In this document: in pieces, positions 9,748-19,555 of the stretch | Position numbering within the stretch: position 1 is the first letter of the stretch | Layout of the letters: each line of letters begins with the position of its first letter | DNA from: an uncultured Trueperaceae bacterium | GTDB taxonomy: Bacteria > Deinococcota > Deinococci > Deinococcales > Trueperaceae | Length of the DNA stretch: 64,000 nt | Direction: 5' to 3' | Assembly (NCBI GenBank): GCA_963799485.1 | Contig: CAWCXJ010000013.1 | Location: forward strand, 96,001-160,000 | Notes under the pieces: generated by a model | Seen by the model: only the letters and a program-made list of their open reading frames with translations | Databases searched by the model: none | Told to the model about the DNA's origin: nothing | Program-made: the position numbers and the translations under genes

Positions 9748-10097
9748 ATGATCTACCGTTCACGTTATCTCGACCGCTTGTCGTTTTCGCCCCTGGGTTA
9801 TCGCCAGACGCGTCGTCCGCAATCCGCTACCCGCCCTCAGCCGACAGTGAACCGCACAGTGAACCGCATAATGAAGCCGGACGCGAAAGCTTCAGTGAGA
9901 CCTTGGAGGGAGCAGTAGCCGTACCTGCCCAGCCGGGTCAGCGCGCGCATCTCGGCGAGTGCGCCGTTTACCTCTCGAGCCGTGAACTCCGTGAGGTCGT
10001 CGCGCGTTGCGAAAAGACTATTACGAGTGGGCAGGCGCAGATCGAGGATTACGAGGCGTTTGTCATCTGTCAGCAAGAGCTGAGCAGTCGGCTGTAA
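9748..10097 (+). pseudogene. Small hypothetical gene apparently split over two frames
   Basis: ATG 9748 after AGGTGA (MIYRSRYLDRLSF..) stops at 9918; the protein-like tail VYLSSRELREVVARCE..EDYEAFVICQQEL is in another frame whose only start is TTG 9903. Confidence 0.35.
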
Positions 10098-10117
10098 CTG
10101 AGGAGGTAAACTAACGG

Positions 10118-10741
10118 GTGATCCGTACAAGAACCTTTACCCTGTTTTTATGCTTGATTCTGGGCGTTTTATTAAACGCCTGCGCGCCCGGACTCAGCCG
10201 GGTTCCCAACGCCGCCGAGGGTGTTGCGTCGTGGTACGGCCCCGGTTTCGACGGTAAACAAACTGCTAGCGGCGAAGTATTTGATACCAGCAAACTAACG
10301 GCGGCGCACCGGACGCTGCCCTTTAATACCCTTTTGCGCGTGACGAACTTGGAAAATAACCGGGTCGTCGTCGTGCGGGTCAACGACCGGGGGCCGTTTG
10401 TCGGTGGACGCATCCTGGATTTATCGCTTGCGGCAGCAGAAAAGCTCGATATGGTGGGGAGCGGGACGGCAAGGGTGAGGCTCGAGCTGCTCTCCGAGAT
10501 GCCCGCTGCGAGCTGGCGTGTCGGCTTGTCGCCTGAGGTGGCAGGTTACGACGTCCTTTCAAGGCTTCACCGCCCCGGTGAGTTGCTGCTCCTTAAAAGT
10601 GCTGGACAGTCTGTGCTGCTCCGCGTCGTCGGCGGTTTGCCCGACGCCCTGGAAACCGACCTGCTCCTCTCCCGCCCGGTTTACGACGCGCTCGATTTAG
10701 GCGCGCTGACCGTCGAGCCGGTGTCGGTGGGGCAACCCTGA
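10118..10741 (+). CDS. rlpA: Septal ring lytic transglycosylase RlpA family lipoprotein
   Basis: Lipobox LNAC; ASWYG, TASGEVF, TAAHRTLPF, VNDRGPF, LDLS. Confidence 0.93.
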   Translation: MIRTRTFTLFLCLILGVLLNACAPGLSRVPNAAEGVASWYGPGFDGKQTASGEVFDTSKLTAAHRTLPFNTLLRVTNLENNRVVVVRVNDRGPFVGGRILDLSLAAAEKLDMVGSGTARVRLELLSEMPAASWRVGLSPEVAGYDVLSRLHRPGELLLLKSAGQSVLLRVVGGLPDALETDLLLSRPVYDALDLGALTVEPVSVGQP

Positions 10742-10822
10742 GAGCAATGAGTGCCGAGCAATGAGCAATGAGAGAAAAAGCTTTTCCTCGCTGCTCATTG
10801 CTTTTTAATCATTGTTCTCAGC

Positions 10823-11617
10823 TCACTGCTGCTCTACATGTTTACGGCACGCCGCCGCAATCTCTCGGGCCAGTCCGCTCACGTCTTTGTCTGCGGCGAT
10901 GGCGCTAATTAGCGCCGACCCGACCACTACGCCGTCGGCAACGGCAGCGACCGGGCGGGCCGTGGCTGCGCTCGAGACCCCGAAGCCCACCACCACCGGC
11001 AATGAACTGACCTCTTTGATGCGCCGCACAAGTTCGGGAACCTCGTGCGGCAAGGCAGTCCGGGCACCCGTTACGCCCGTCACCGAGACTGCGTAGATAA
11101 AGCCCCGGCACGCAGCAGTGACGGTCTCGAGCCGCGCTTTAGTCGAAGTCGGCGCAACCAAGAAAACGGTATCGAAATCAAGCTCTCGAGCCGCCGGAAT
11201 CAAGGTTTCCGCCTCTTCCGGGGGCAAGTCGGGCAAGATTACGCCGTCCGCTCCGGCAGCTTGCAAAGCCCGTAAAAACCCGGCCTCACCTGTTTTATAG
11301 CAGTAAACCGGGTTGTAGTAGGTCATCAGTACAATCGCCTTGTCGCTCGTTTCGCGCAGTTTACCGATGAGCTCAAACGTCTTTTTTGTCGTCATTCCTT
11401 GCCGTAAAACCTGTTCGGACGAACGCTGAATGGTGGGGCCGTCACCCAACGGGTCGGAATAGGGGAGACCGACCTCGAGCACGTCGGCAACTTCCAGCAA
11501 GGTTTTAGCGTGGTCTAAAAACCTGGCTTCATCGGGAAACCCCGCCGTCAGATACGGAACGAACGCGGCCCGACCCTCTTTTTTCGCTTGTGCAAACGCC
11601 TTCTCAATTCTGCCCAC
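10823..11617 (-). CDS. trpA: Tryptophan synthase alpha chain
   Basis: [38 protein letters not shown]. Confidence 0.98.
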   Translation of the reverse strand: MGRIEKAFAQAKKEGRAAFVPYLTAGFPDEARFLDHAKTLLEVADVLEVGLPYSDPLGDGPTIQRSSEQVLRQGMTTKKTFELIGKLRETSDKAIVLMTYYNPVYCYKTGEAGFLRALQAAGADGVILPDLPPEEAETLIPAARELDFDTVFLVAPTSTKARLETVTAACRGFIYAVSVTGVTGARTALPHEVPELVRRIKEVSSLPVVVGFGVSSAATARPVAAVADGVVVGSALISAIAADKDVSGLAREIAAACRKHVEQQ

Positions 11618-12830
11618 GGGTCTCCTCCTGCATCTTCAACACACGCATCGCTTCCGAAACGTCTTTGTCACCGCGCCCGGAGAGGTTGACGACGATGATC
11701 TCTTCGGGTTTCATCTCGGGTGCGAGGTTTACGGCGTAGGAGACGGCGTGCGCGGTCTCGAGGGCGGGAATAATCCCTTCAATCCGGCTCAGCAGCCCGA
11801 ACGCTTCTAAAGCTTGCGCGTCGTCTACACCGATGTATTCAGCAATCCCGGCGTCCGCATAATAAGAGTGTTCCGGCCCGACGCCCGGATAATCGAGGCC
11901 TGCCGACACCGAGTGCGCCGGGGTAATCTGCCCGTCGTCGTCCGACATCAGGTACATCAGTGCGCCGTGCAGCACGCCCTTTTTGCCTGCGGTGATGCTC
12001 GCGGCGTGTGCGCCCGAAGCCATTCCGTGACCTGCTGCTTCGACGCCAACCATCCGGGGACGCTCGTTTTCCGGCAAGTACGCATAAGGCGCAAACAGCC
12101 CAATCGCATTTGAACCGCCGCCCACACACGCGACGATAGCGTTGGGGATACGGCGACCTTCAAGTTCTTCTAGTTGCGCCATCGTCTCAAAGCCGATCAC
12201 ACTCTGAAAATCGCGTACCATCATCGGATATGGGTGCGGCCCGACAACCGAACCGATGATATAAAACGTATCGCGCACGTTCGTCACCCAATCGCGGATG
12301 GCCTCGTTCGTGGCATCTTTAAGCGTTTTGGTGCCGCTCGTAACTTCGCGTACCTCGGCACCTAAAAGTCTCATCCGAAAGACGTTTAGAGCTTGCCGCC
12401 GAATATCCTCTGCGCCCATGTAGACGACGCAACTCAGACCGAATAGCGCCGCCGCCGTCGCCGTCGCTACGCCGTGCTGACCCGCGCCGGTCTCGGCAAT
12501 GACGCGCTCTTTGCCCATCCGTTTGGCTAACAGCGCCTGCCCGATGGTGTTGTTGATTTTGTGTGCGCCGGTGTGGTTCAGGTCTTCACGCTTCAGGTAA
12601 ATCTTCGCGCCGCCCGCGTGCCGCGTTAGGTTTTGGGCTAGGTAGAGCACGCTGGGCCGTCCGACAAACGTCTTCAGGTAAAACTCGAAGGTTTTCTTGA
12701 ATTCAGGGTCAGCCATCGCCCCCAAATAGGCGGCGGTAAGGTCGTCGAGCGCCGGAATCAGCGTTTCGGGGACGAAGCGTCCGCCGTATTCGCCGAAACG
12801 CCCTCGAGCGTTAGGTAGTGGAAAAAGCAT
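11604..12830 (-). CDS. trpB: Tryptophan synthase beta chain
   Basis: [52 protein letters not shown]. Confidence 0.99.
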   Translation of the reverse strand: MLFPLPNARGRFGEYGGRFVPETLIPALDDLTAAYLGAMADPEFKKTFEFYLKTFVGRPSVLYLAQNLTRHAGGAKIYLKREDLNHTGAHKINNTIGQALLAKRMGKERVIAETGAGQHGVATATAAALFGLSCVVYMGAEDIRRQALNVFRMRLLGAEVREVTSGTKTLKDATNEAIRDWVTNVRDTFYIIGSVVGPHPYPMMVRDFQSVIGFETMAQLEELEGRRIPNAIVACVGGGSNAIGLFAPYAYLPENERPRMVGVEAAGHGMASGAHAASITAGKKGVLHGALMYLMSDDDGQITPAHSVSAGLDYPGVGPEHSYYADAGIAEYIGVDDAQALEAFGLLSRIEGIIPALETAHAVSYAVNLAPEMKPEEIIVVNLSGRGDKDVSEAMRVLKMQEETRGQN

Positions 12831-12884
12831 AGAGCCTCCGAAGATTAGACTAGATTTTTAGTTAAGGGAAAGGTCAGAACAAGA

Positions 12885-12983
12885 TTAAGGACGCCACCAG
12901 CGTTGGTGGTGCCATTTGAAGCTGCGCGGGGTACGGCTTCGCTTGGGTAGCGAGCGGGTACAAATGCGCGAATGAGACTTCAT
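12885..12983 (-). CDS. trpL: Putative trp leader peptide (32 aa, MKSHSRICTRSLPKRSRTPRSFKWHHQRWWRP)
   Basis: Hand-translated; three Trp codons (W-x4-WW) near the end, 54 nt upstream of trpB; TAGACT box 6 nt before ATG. Confidence 0.8.
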   Translation of the reverse strand: MKSHSRICTRSLPKRSRTPRSFKWHHQRWWRP

Positions 12984-13043
12984 AAAAAGAGTCTAAGCGA
13001 AAACTTAACAGATTGCTAGCTTTGAGTGCTTACAAATTGGATG

Positions 13044-13613
13044 CTAAGAACGAAACTTCCTTGCATCCGTCAGCAACCATTCCAGCATGTCCCAGTTGTT
13101 AAGCCTGGTAGTTTCGTTTCCCGTGCTTTTTCTAACTTCAAGTAAAAATGCACCTAACAGAGCCATGATATCTTTAGCTTTCATCTCGTTGCTGGTACTA
13201 ATTTGCTGTTCTTGTTGATAAAAATACTGCATTAGGTTGTTGTACGCTCTTACAACTTCATCGGAGCCGACCAACGATAAACGGAAAGCTTGTTTACGAT
13301 AATCTAGTGAGAGTAGTTTTTCGGCTGCATAGTCGCTTTTGTCTACATCAACCGCTTTTCCTTTGCCAGCTTTTTCTCTTCTGATTTTCAGCTCTACTTC
13401 CCAAGCTTTATCAGACATGAGTAAGAGAATAAATGGCTCGAGTATTTGGTTGTAAGCTTCGATCCTGTCTTCGCGTAGCTTGTCTTCTAAAACGAGCCTT
13501 CTTTCAATACGTGACCGAATTTGCCAACCTAGTCCAGTAAGGACAAGTACAAGAATCGGTGTAGCAATTGCGCCGATTGCAGTTAGGTAATCAAGCCAGC
13601 TAGGCTGTCCCAT
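13044..13613 (-). CDS. Hypothetical protein, one N-terminal TM helix, AT-rich
   Basis: MGQPSWLDYLTAIGAIATPILVLVLTGLGW...; visibly lower GC than flanks; ATG immediately follows the upstream stop. Confidence 0.75.
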   Translation of the reverse strand: MGQPSWLDYLTAIGAIATPILVLVLTGLGWQIRSRIERRLVLEDKLREDRIEAYNQILEPFILLLMSDKAWEVELKIRREKAGKGKAVDVDKSDYAAEKLLSLDYRKQAFRLSLVGSDEVVRAYNNLMQYFYQQEQQISTSNEMKAKDIMALLGAFLLEVRKSTGNETTRLNNWDMLEWLLTDARKFRS

Positions 13614-13614
13614 G

Positions 13615-13824
13615 CTAAGGAATCTGAAAGTGCTGCCACGCTTCGTCTTCTTCTTGACGCTCCCAACCTTCAGCAAGCGCCGCTTCGCTGAGGAGCGCCG
13701 TATCGTCTGCACTTTCGGCCTCGAGTACCGTCACCAGTGCGCGGGCAGGGTGAGACAGCTTGAGTGGTTCCAAGAGCCGAATCTGTCCGTTTTCGTCGAT
13801 GACAGCTTCTACCGTTTTATGCAT
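13615..13824 (-). CDS. Putative type II antitoxin-like small protein
   Basis: N-terminal VEAVIDENGQIRLLEP (swapped-hairpin-like) and acidic tail ALLSEAALAEGWERQEEDEAWQHF; SD GAAGGAG. Confidence 0.6.
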   Translation of the reverse strand: MHKTVEAVIDENGQIRLLEPLKLSHPARALVTVLEAESADDTALLSEAALAEGWERQEEDEAWQHFQIP

Positions 13825-13827
13825 CTG

Positions 13828-13991
13828 CTATTCTCCTTCTCTAAAAACTTCTTTTTCTCTAAAAACTTCTTTCAGCGGCAAAACCCAGACCGGAACGACC
13901 TCTTCACCCTCGAGCCTGCCCTCCCCCGAATCATTCGGATACTGTCCAAGCTCCGGTAAACCGTCGTCGTGCGCGTCTGCGGGTTAGGCAT
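13828..13991 (-). pseudogene. Uma2 family endonuclease C-terminal remnant (frameshifted)
   Basis: NPQTRTTTVYRSLDSIRMI then, in another frame, RLEGEEVVPVWVLPLKEVF, matching the Uma2 C-terminal pattern. Confidence 0.6.
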
Positions 13992-14032
13992 AACGCCCTG
14001 AGTCAGGCGGTTTCTGCAAGCCGGGCTTGACT

Positions 14033-14467
14033 TTACGCGAGGCCCGTCTGTTCGCGCACCTGCCGCTTGAGCCGACCCATAATCGCCGTCATTCCGCGCA
14101 GCCGTAAGGGGGAGATGACCTCGCCGAGTTTGAGGTCTTCGTAAAAGTTGTCGGGTGTTCTCAGCACCTCGTCGGGGGAGAGGCCGTTCAAGCCTTCGGA
14201 TAAAACCCCGGCAAAACCGCGTGTGGTCGGCGCTTCGGGCGGCGCGTCGAAAAAAAACCGGACGTGTTCGTTTTCGATTTCGGTGGCGATAAAAAAAGGC
14301 GTCTGGCATTCGTGGACACGCTCAAGGTCTCCGTTTGCAAAATTTTCGGGTAGCGGTGGGACTTTTTTGGAATACTCGAGTAGTAGCTGGAGCCGGAGCT
14401 GTTTGGGAGCGCTTTGAAAGGTCTGGACAATCGTCTGTAGCTTTTCGGGAACTGTGGTTTGACTCAT
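14033..14467 (-). CDS. sufE: SufE family Fe-S assembly protein
   Basis: RLQLLLEYS, ERVHECQTP, EAPTTRG, ISPLRLRG. Confidence 0.92.
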   Translation of the reverse strand: MSQTTVPEKLQTIVQTFQSAPKQLRLQLLLEYSKKVPPLPENFANGDLERVHECQTPFFIATEIENEHVRFFFDAPPEAPTTRGFAGVLSEGLNGLSPDEVLRTPDNFYEDLKLGEVISPLRLRGMTAIMGRLKRQVREQTGLA

Positions 14468-14551
14468 GCCCTACTATAAAACCGCTCTCCTGGCCTTTAC
14501 GTGCCGTGCGCGGCAAAATCTCGACGGGAGGTGGGTGGTATTCTGGCCCCT

Positions 14552-15832
14552 ATGCAGGTTTTTCCGGACACCCTTCCCATTTTACCAAAACCCCCTATCG
14601 ACGCGTCGCTCGAAGTTCCCGGTTCAAAAAGCTTGACGAACCGCGCGCTGGCGGTTGCCGCACTAGCCGACGGCATCACGACCCTGAGCGGTTGTTTAAT
14701 AGCCGAAGACAGCGCGGTGATGATGACGGCGCTGCAAAAGCTGGGGCTCGAGGTCACGGCTCGCGGCACCACCGTGACCGTTTCCGGGCGTGGCGGAGAG
14801 ATACCCGCACGCGCGGCGCAGCTCGATTTGCGGCTTTCCGGTACCTCGATTCGTTTTTTGACGGCGCTCGTCGCGCTGGGCGAGGGCCGATACGTTTTGG
14901 ACGGTAACGCGCGGATGCGTGAGCGGCCGATTCAGGATTTGCTCAGTGCGCTTTCGGCGCTCGGCGTCCGGGCACAGACGCAGTTTGAAACAGGTTGTCC
15001 GCCGGTCGTCGTCGAAGCCGCCGGAATACGTGGCGGCGACACAGAGGTTTCCGGGAACAGTTCGTCGCAGTATCTGTCGGCGCTCCTCATGGCGGCCCCT
15101 TACGCGGCGGAGCCCGTAACGCTTTTGGTCACGGGCGAGTTGCAATCAAAACCCTTCATCGACATGACCTTGAAATTGATGGCGGACTTTGGCGTAACGG
15201 TTGAGCGCGAAGGTTATACCCGTTTTACGGTGCCGACGGGCGTCTACACGGCCCGCACTTTTGAGGTTGAAGGGGACGCGATGGCGGCGGGTTACCTCTG
15301 GGCGGCGGCAGCGATTACGGGTGGGCGTGTCCGGGTAGAGAACGTCGGTAGGGGGTCGGTGCAGGGCGACAAACGCCTTGCCGACGTGCTCGGGCAGATG
15401 GGGTGCCGCGTCACCTGGACGGACGAGAGCTGTGAAGTCGCCCGGCCCGAAACTCTGCGCGGCGGCACCTTCGACCTCAACAGTATGAGCGACCAGGCGC
15501 AGACGCTCGCGGTCGTCGCGCTTTTTGCCGACAGTCCGACTCGCATCGAAAACGTCTGGAACTTGCGGCTTAAAGAAACCGACCGCTTGAAGGCGCTCGC
15601 TACAGAACTCACCAAGCTCGGCGCGCGGGTCGAAGAAGGCCATGACTTTCTGGTCGTCTATCCTCTCGCTGCCGAGGCTGCCAGGCCCGCGCGAATCGAT
15701 ACTTACGGCGACCACCGTATGGCGATGGCGTTTGCGCTTGCCGGACTTCGGCTGCCCGGTGTGGTTATCCGCGACCCGGCTTGCGTCACCAAGACGTTTC
15801 CCGAGTACTTTCAGGTTTTGGCGTCGTTGTGA
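14552..15832 (+). CDS. aroA: 3-phosphoshikimate 1-carboxyvinyltransferase
   Basis: PGSKSLTNRAL, RMRERPI, SSSQYLSALLM, RLKETDRL, DHRMAMAF. Confidence 0.98.
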   Translation: MQVFPDTLPILPKPPIDASLEVPGSKSLTNRALAVAALADGITTLSGCLIAEDSAVMMTALQKLGLEVTARGTTVTVSGRGGEIPARAAQLDLRLSGTSIRFLTALVALGEGRYVLDGNARMRERPIQDLLSALSALGVRAQTQFETGCPPVVVEAAGIRGGDTEVSGNSSSQYLSALLMAAPYAAEPVTLLVTGELQSKPFIDMTLKLMADFGVTVEREGYTRFTVPTGVYTARTFEVEGDAMAAGYLWAAAAITGGRVRVENVGRGSVQGDKRLADVLGQMGCRVTWTDESCEVARPETLRGGTFDLNSMSDQAQTLAVVALFADSPTRIENVWNLRLKETDRLKALATELTKLGARVEEGHDFLVVYPLAAEAARPARIDTYGDHRMAMAFALAGLRLPGVVIRDPACVTKTFPEYFQVLASL

Positions 15833-15839
15833 CCTCTAT

Positions 15840-16517
15840 ATGATTCCCCTGCCCGCTATGATGCTTGATGTGGAAACCGCCGCGCAGGTCATTACCCTGG
15901 ACGGCCCCGCCGCGTCGGGTAAATCGAGCGTGGCGCGGCTGGTCGCCGAGGCGCTCGGAGTGCCGCACGTCTCGAGTGGCCTCCTTTACCGGGCGGCAAC
16001 GTATCTGGCTCAGTCGGGCGGCGTTCCCCTTACCGACGAGGCGGGAATTGTAGAACTTCTCGGCAGCTTGAGAGTAGGGCTCGAGACCCGCATCGGCCTG
16101 CCCAACCGCGTCACGGTCGGTGGGGACGTTTTGCCTAACGAACGCCTTCACAGCGACGCCGTGGACGCCGGCGTCTCCGAGGTCGCGCGGCAGCCGCAAG
16201 TACGGGCCTGGGTCGACGCACGGCTCCGCGAACTTACCGGCAAGTTCGTCGTCGAAGGGCGCGATATGGGGACGGCGGTCTTTCCGGACGCGGCGCACAA
16301 GTTTTATCTCGACGCACCCGCCGAGGTGCGGGCAGCGCGGCGCACGGGGGAGCGGCGCGCCGACCTCGCGGGCGTCGCCGAGGCGCTCAGACGCCGCGAC
16401 GCGCTCGACGCGGTTCAGCTCCGTCCGGCGGGTGACGCGCGGCATATCGATACGGGCGGCCTCGACCTGAGGGGAGTCGTCGCGGAAGTTTTACGGGCGC
16501 TCGGTGAAAGCCGCTGA
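15840..16517 (+). CDS. cmk: Cytidylate kinase
   Basis: ITLDGPAASGKSS, SGLLYRA, VEGRDMGTAVFPDA; start may be 15858 or 15870. Confidence 0.95.
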   Translation: MIPLPAMMLDVETAAQVITLDGPAASGKSSVARLVAEALGVPHVSSGLLYRAATYLAQSGGVPLTDEAGIVELLGSLRVGLETRIGLPNRVTVGGDVLPNERLHSDAVDAGVSEVARQPQVRAWVDARLRELTGKFVVEGRDMGTAVFPDAAHKFYLDAPAEVRAARRTGERRADLAGVAEALRRRDALDAVQLRPAGDARHIDTGGLDLRGVVAEVLRALGESR

Positions 16518-17395
16518 TGGCGGGGTTTTCGCTTTCGGCGTGCGACCTTCGCCGCGTGATTGTTACGAGCAGCCGCTACAAACCGCAAGCGCACGTGCTC
16601 GTTTCCGAAACGGCGGCGCAGCTCCGCGACTGCGGCGCGACCGTCGTCGAGGACGCGGACGGCACGCTGCACCTCGCCGATATCGAAGCCGACCTGGTGA
16701 TCGTCATCGGGGGCGACGGCACGCTGCTGTCGGCGGCGCGGCGGCTCGTCGGCAGCCGTACCCCGACGCTGGGCGTCAACCTCGGCAAGCTCGGGTTTTT
16801 GGCCGAACACAGCGTCGCCGACTTGCGCGCATATCTGGCAGGCGAAGATGTCAACGGCTGGCAACTCAACCCCAAGATGATGCTCGAGGCGACTCTCGCC
16901 GCCAACGCGAACGGGGATGAGGCGCACACCTATTACGCCTTAAACGAAGTGACCATCGCCCAGGGTGTCATGACCCGGCTGATTCACATCGATATGGACG
17001 TCAACGGGGCGCACGCCTCGCAGTACCGCGCCGACGGCCTGATCATCTCGACGCCGGTCGGTTCGACCTCGTATTCGCTGTCGCTCGGCGGGCCGATCTT
17101 GAGTCAGGGGCTGCGGGCTTTTGTCGTCACGCCGTACGCGCCGCACGCGCTGACAAACCGCCCGATTGTCCTCGAGGGCTCGTCGCAGGTGGGCTTCCGG
17201 GTCTCGAGCCCGGTCGACGAACTCGCGCTTATCGTCGATTCACACGAGCGCTATCCGTTACGCCCCGGCGACCGTTTTACGGTGTGCGCCGCGCCTACCG
17301 ACTTTATGCTGATCTCGTCGGGCAAACGCAGCTACTTCGATATCTTGCGTACCAAACTCGGTTGGGGCAGCTCGCCGCAGCTGAGCGAAGTTTGA
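16517..17395 (+). CDS. nadK: NAD(+) kinase
   Basis: IGGDGTLL, GVNLGKLGFL, ALNE, DGLIISTPVGSTSYSLSLGGP. Confidence 0.96.
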   Translation: MAGFSLSACDLRRVIVTSSRYKPQAHVLVSETAAQLRDCGATVVEDADGTLHLADIEADLVIVIGGDGTLLSAARRLVGSRTPTLGVNLGKLGFLAEHSVADLRAYLAGEDVNGWQLNPKMMLEATLAANANGDEAHTYYALNEVTIAQGVMTRLIHIDMDVNGAHASQYRADGLIISTPVGSTSYSLSLGGPILSQGLRAFVVTPYAPHALTNRPIVLEGSSQVGFRVSSPVDELALIVDSHERYPLRPGDRFTVCAAPTDFMLISSGKRSYFDILRTKLGWGSSPQLSEV

Positions 17396-17407
17396 GCGGC
17401 CCTGCTT

Positions 17408-17962
17408 TTAGAACCCTACGAACGGCAGGCTCAAACCCACCCGCACGCGCGGGCTCAAGCGCCCTTCTTGTAAAGCGTCACCTGCCGGCCAGAGGTAATC
17501 CGTTCCGGCCTCGGCAAACGCACTGATGAGCGAAAAGCCGATCACACCAAGGCGAAAATCTGCTCCGGCGACCCCACCTACGCCGAGATACGCGCCGGGG
17601 TCGGTACCGTCTAAAAACAGCGTGGAGTTGATCAGCCGGTAGCGCGGCCCTGCACCCGCGTAGAGCGCAGCGTTCGCGCTTGCCAAGAAGGTGCCCACAC
17701 CGCCCCGCAGCGTGTAGGTTACGTCGGCAAACCCGTCTATGTTCAGCTCACGGTCGAGTAGTAGCGGCAGCGGATAGACCGACGCCCCGACCCGCAACCC
17801 GACGCGGCGGGCAAAGAGGTTTTCAGGGCCGAGCTCGAGACTCAGGGGAACCCGCGCCAACGTGTTTAGGAGTGCAGGTGCACCATCTCCCAAGACCTGC
17901 GCTTTAGCCGGAAAGCCCGTAAAATAGAGTAGTACGGTGAACAAGATGCCGTAACGTTTCAT
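17408..17962 (-). CDS. Secreted protein, probable small outer-membrane beta-barrel
   Basis: Signal peptide (AKA-Q), alternating amphipathic strands (LYAGAGPRY, GVGGVAGADF). Confidence 0.6.
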   Translation of the reverse strand: MKRYGILFTVLLYFTGFPAKAQVLGDGAPALLNTLARVPLSLELGPENLFARRVGLRVGASVYPLPLLLDRELNIDGFADVTYTLRGGVGTFLASANAALYAGAGPRYRLINSTLFLDGTDPGAYLGVGGVAGADFRLGVIGFSLISAFAEAGTDYLWPAGDALQEGRLSPRVRVGLSLPFVGF

Positions 17963-18020
17963 CCAAACCTCCGGGGTTCAGCTTAAAAACCCAAGCTTAA
18001 CGCCCGCTGAGCAGCGCCTG

Positions 18021-19523
18021 TCAGCTGCGCGGTTCGGGCGCCTGCCAGATGCTGCCCAAACCCAAACCGACGAGCCCCCACACGAGCGTATCGACGTTGG
18101 GGGTGGCAAACCAGACCATGCCGTAAATCAGGTAGGTCACGAGCGCCAGCAGCGTCGCTAGCGAGACGGGCGTGCGGGCGCTAAAAAGTGCCCAGCCGGT
18201 GCTCAGCAAAAATGCGATAAAAAGAATGAGAACCGGGATACCGCTGGCAAACCCGATATCCAGAAAGTAGTTGTGTACCCGGTAGGGCTTGACAGGTTGC
18301 AGCTCGAGCGTCCCTGATTTGGGTGCACGGTAAAGCGCCAGATTGCCCAGCCGAAACGCCCGCGCCGCCGTTTTAGGCGGTAAAAATTCGGTGAGCATCT
18401 CGTCGGCTTGCGCGGGCGTCGCAAAAAACCAGGCGGCGTTGCCGAACGCGTCGATCCCGTAGCCGGTCAGGGGCCGCTCTAAGATCGCCTTGACCCCGAC
18501 CTGCCAGAAGATGAGGCGGTGGCTCGCCGCGGGGTCGGTACCTTGCACGGCGCTCCCAAGCCGGTCGAGCCGCGCCCGTGCGTGCGGTGAGGTCAGTAGC
18601 GGCACAGCACCCGCAAGCAGCATCACCCCGCCCATAAGGAGCAGGTAGCGTGTGCGCCGTTGCCGCCGGAGCCAAACGACGCCAAACACCGAGAGGCTCA
18701 GCAAGGCTGCCAGCAGCCCCGCCCGCCCGCCGCTCGCCACCAGGCACATCGTCAAAAAGCCGATAATCAACCCGTCGAGTAAGCGCAAGCGGCGAGCTAA
18801 AAGCCGCCACACGACCCAAAATACGAGTACCACTGCAAGGTAGGCCGCTACGTAGCTCTGATGCCCCATCGTCGCCTGGACGTTGTTGCCGACGCGGGCG
18901 GTCGGATCGATAAGCCTTAAGGGGGTGACGCCGTAAGCCTCGAGCAGCGCCCACAGACCTGCCAAACTCGCCCCCAACGCGACCAGGTGATAAATCCAGC
19001 TGAGTTTAAGTAGCCGGCTCGCGCTCAGCGCCGCCGCAATAAGCGTGAGCGCGTACCAGGCGTTTTCCAAAAGCCGAAAGAGGATGCTCTCATAACGCGC
19101 CGGAATCAGCGGCAGCGACAAGCCGAGCGGGGCCGGGTTGAGCAGGCTCACCACGAAAGACGCCGCCACAAAAAGCAGCAACCACGAGAGCGGCCTGCGT
19201 AGTGGTGAGGTGCGGCTCAGCACGCTGCTCTCGGCCCGCCGCACGAGTAGATATGCCTGCCGCGCGCCGATAACCCAGAGCGCCACGAACACCAGCAATT
19301 TGGGCAACAAAACCTCGGCAAAACCGTTTTCCGGAAACGTGATCACACTTTTCGGAACCAGTGCCAAGACCTCTTTGGGTACGATTGCCAGTGGAAACGC
19401 CAGAAACAGCAGACCCCAAAAGAGTTTGTGCAGCCGCCGCCGTGCGCGTAGGGCCGACGACTTGGGTTTCGTCACCGCGCGCGGCGCGCCTGCCGAAACC
19501 AAGGTATTGGGGTTATCGACCAT
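18021..19523 (-). CDS. O-antigen ligase family protein
   Basis: Multi-TM; ASGGRAG, HRLIFW, RPLTGYG, VHNYFLD. Confidence 0.85.
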   Translation of the reverse strand: MVDNPNTLVSAGAPRAVTKPKSSALRARRRLHKLFWGLLFLAFPLAIVPKEVLALVPKSVITFPENGFAEVLLPKLLVFVALWVIGARQAYLLVRRAESSVLSRTSPLRRPLSWLLLFVAASFVVSLLNPAPLGLSLPLIPARYESILFRLLENAWYALTLIAAALSASRLLKLSWIYHLVALGASLAGLWALLEAYGVTPLRLIDPTARVGNNVQATMGHQSYVAAYLAVVLVFWVVWRLLARRLRLLDGLIIGFLTMCLVASGGRAGLLAALLSLSVFGVVWLRRQRRTRYLLLMGGVMLLAGAVPLLTSPHARARLDRLGSAVQGTDPAASHRLIFWQVGVKAILERPLTGYGIDAFGNAAWFFATPAQADEMLTEFLPPKTAARAFRLGNLALYRAPKSGTLELQPVKPYRVHNYFLDIGFASGIPVLILFIAFLLSTGWALFSARTPVSLATLLALVTYLIYGMVWFATPNVDTLVWGLVGLGLGSIWQAPEPRS

Positions 19524-19555
19524 CTGCTACCCCCGAAACCGACTAAAGCGCACGC

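Noticed and set aside
13872..14030. Possible structured RNA downstream of sufE
   Set aside because: Better explained as a frameshifted Uma2 remnant
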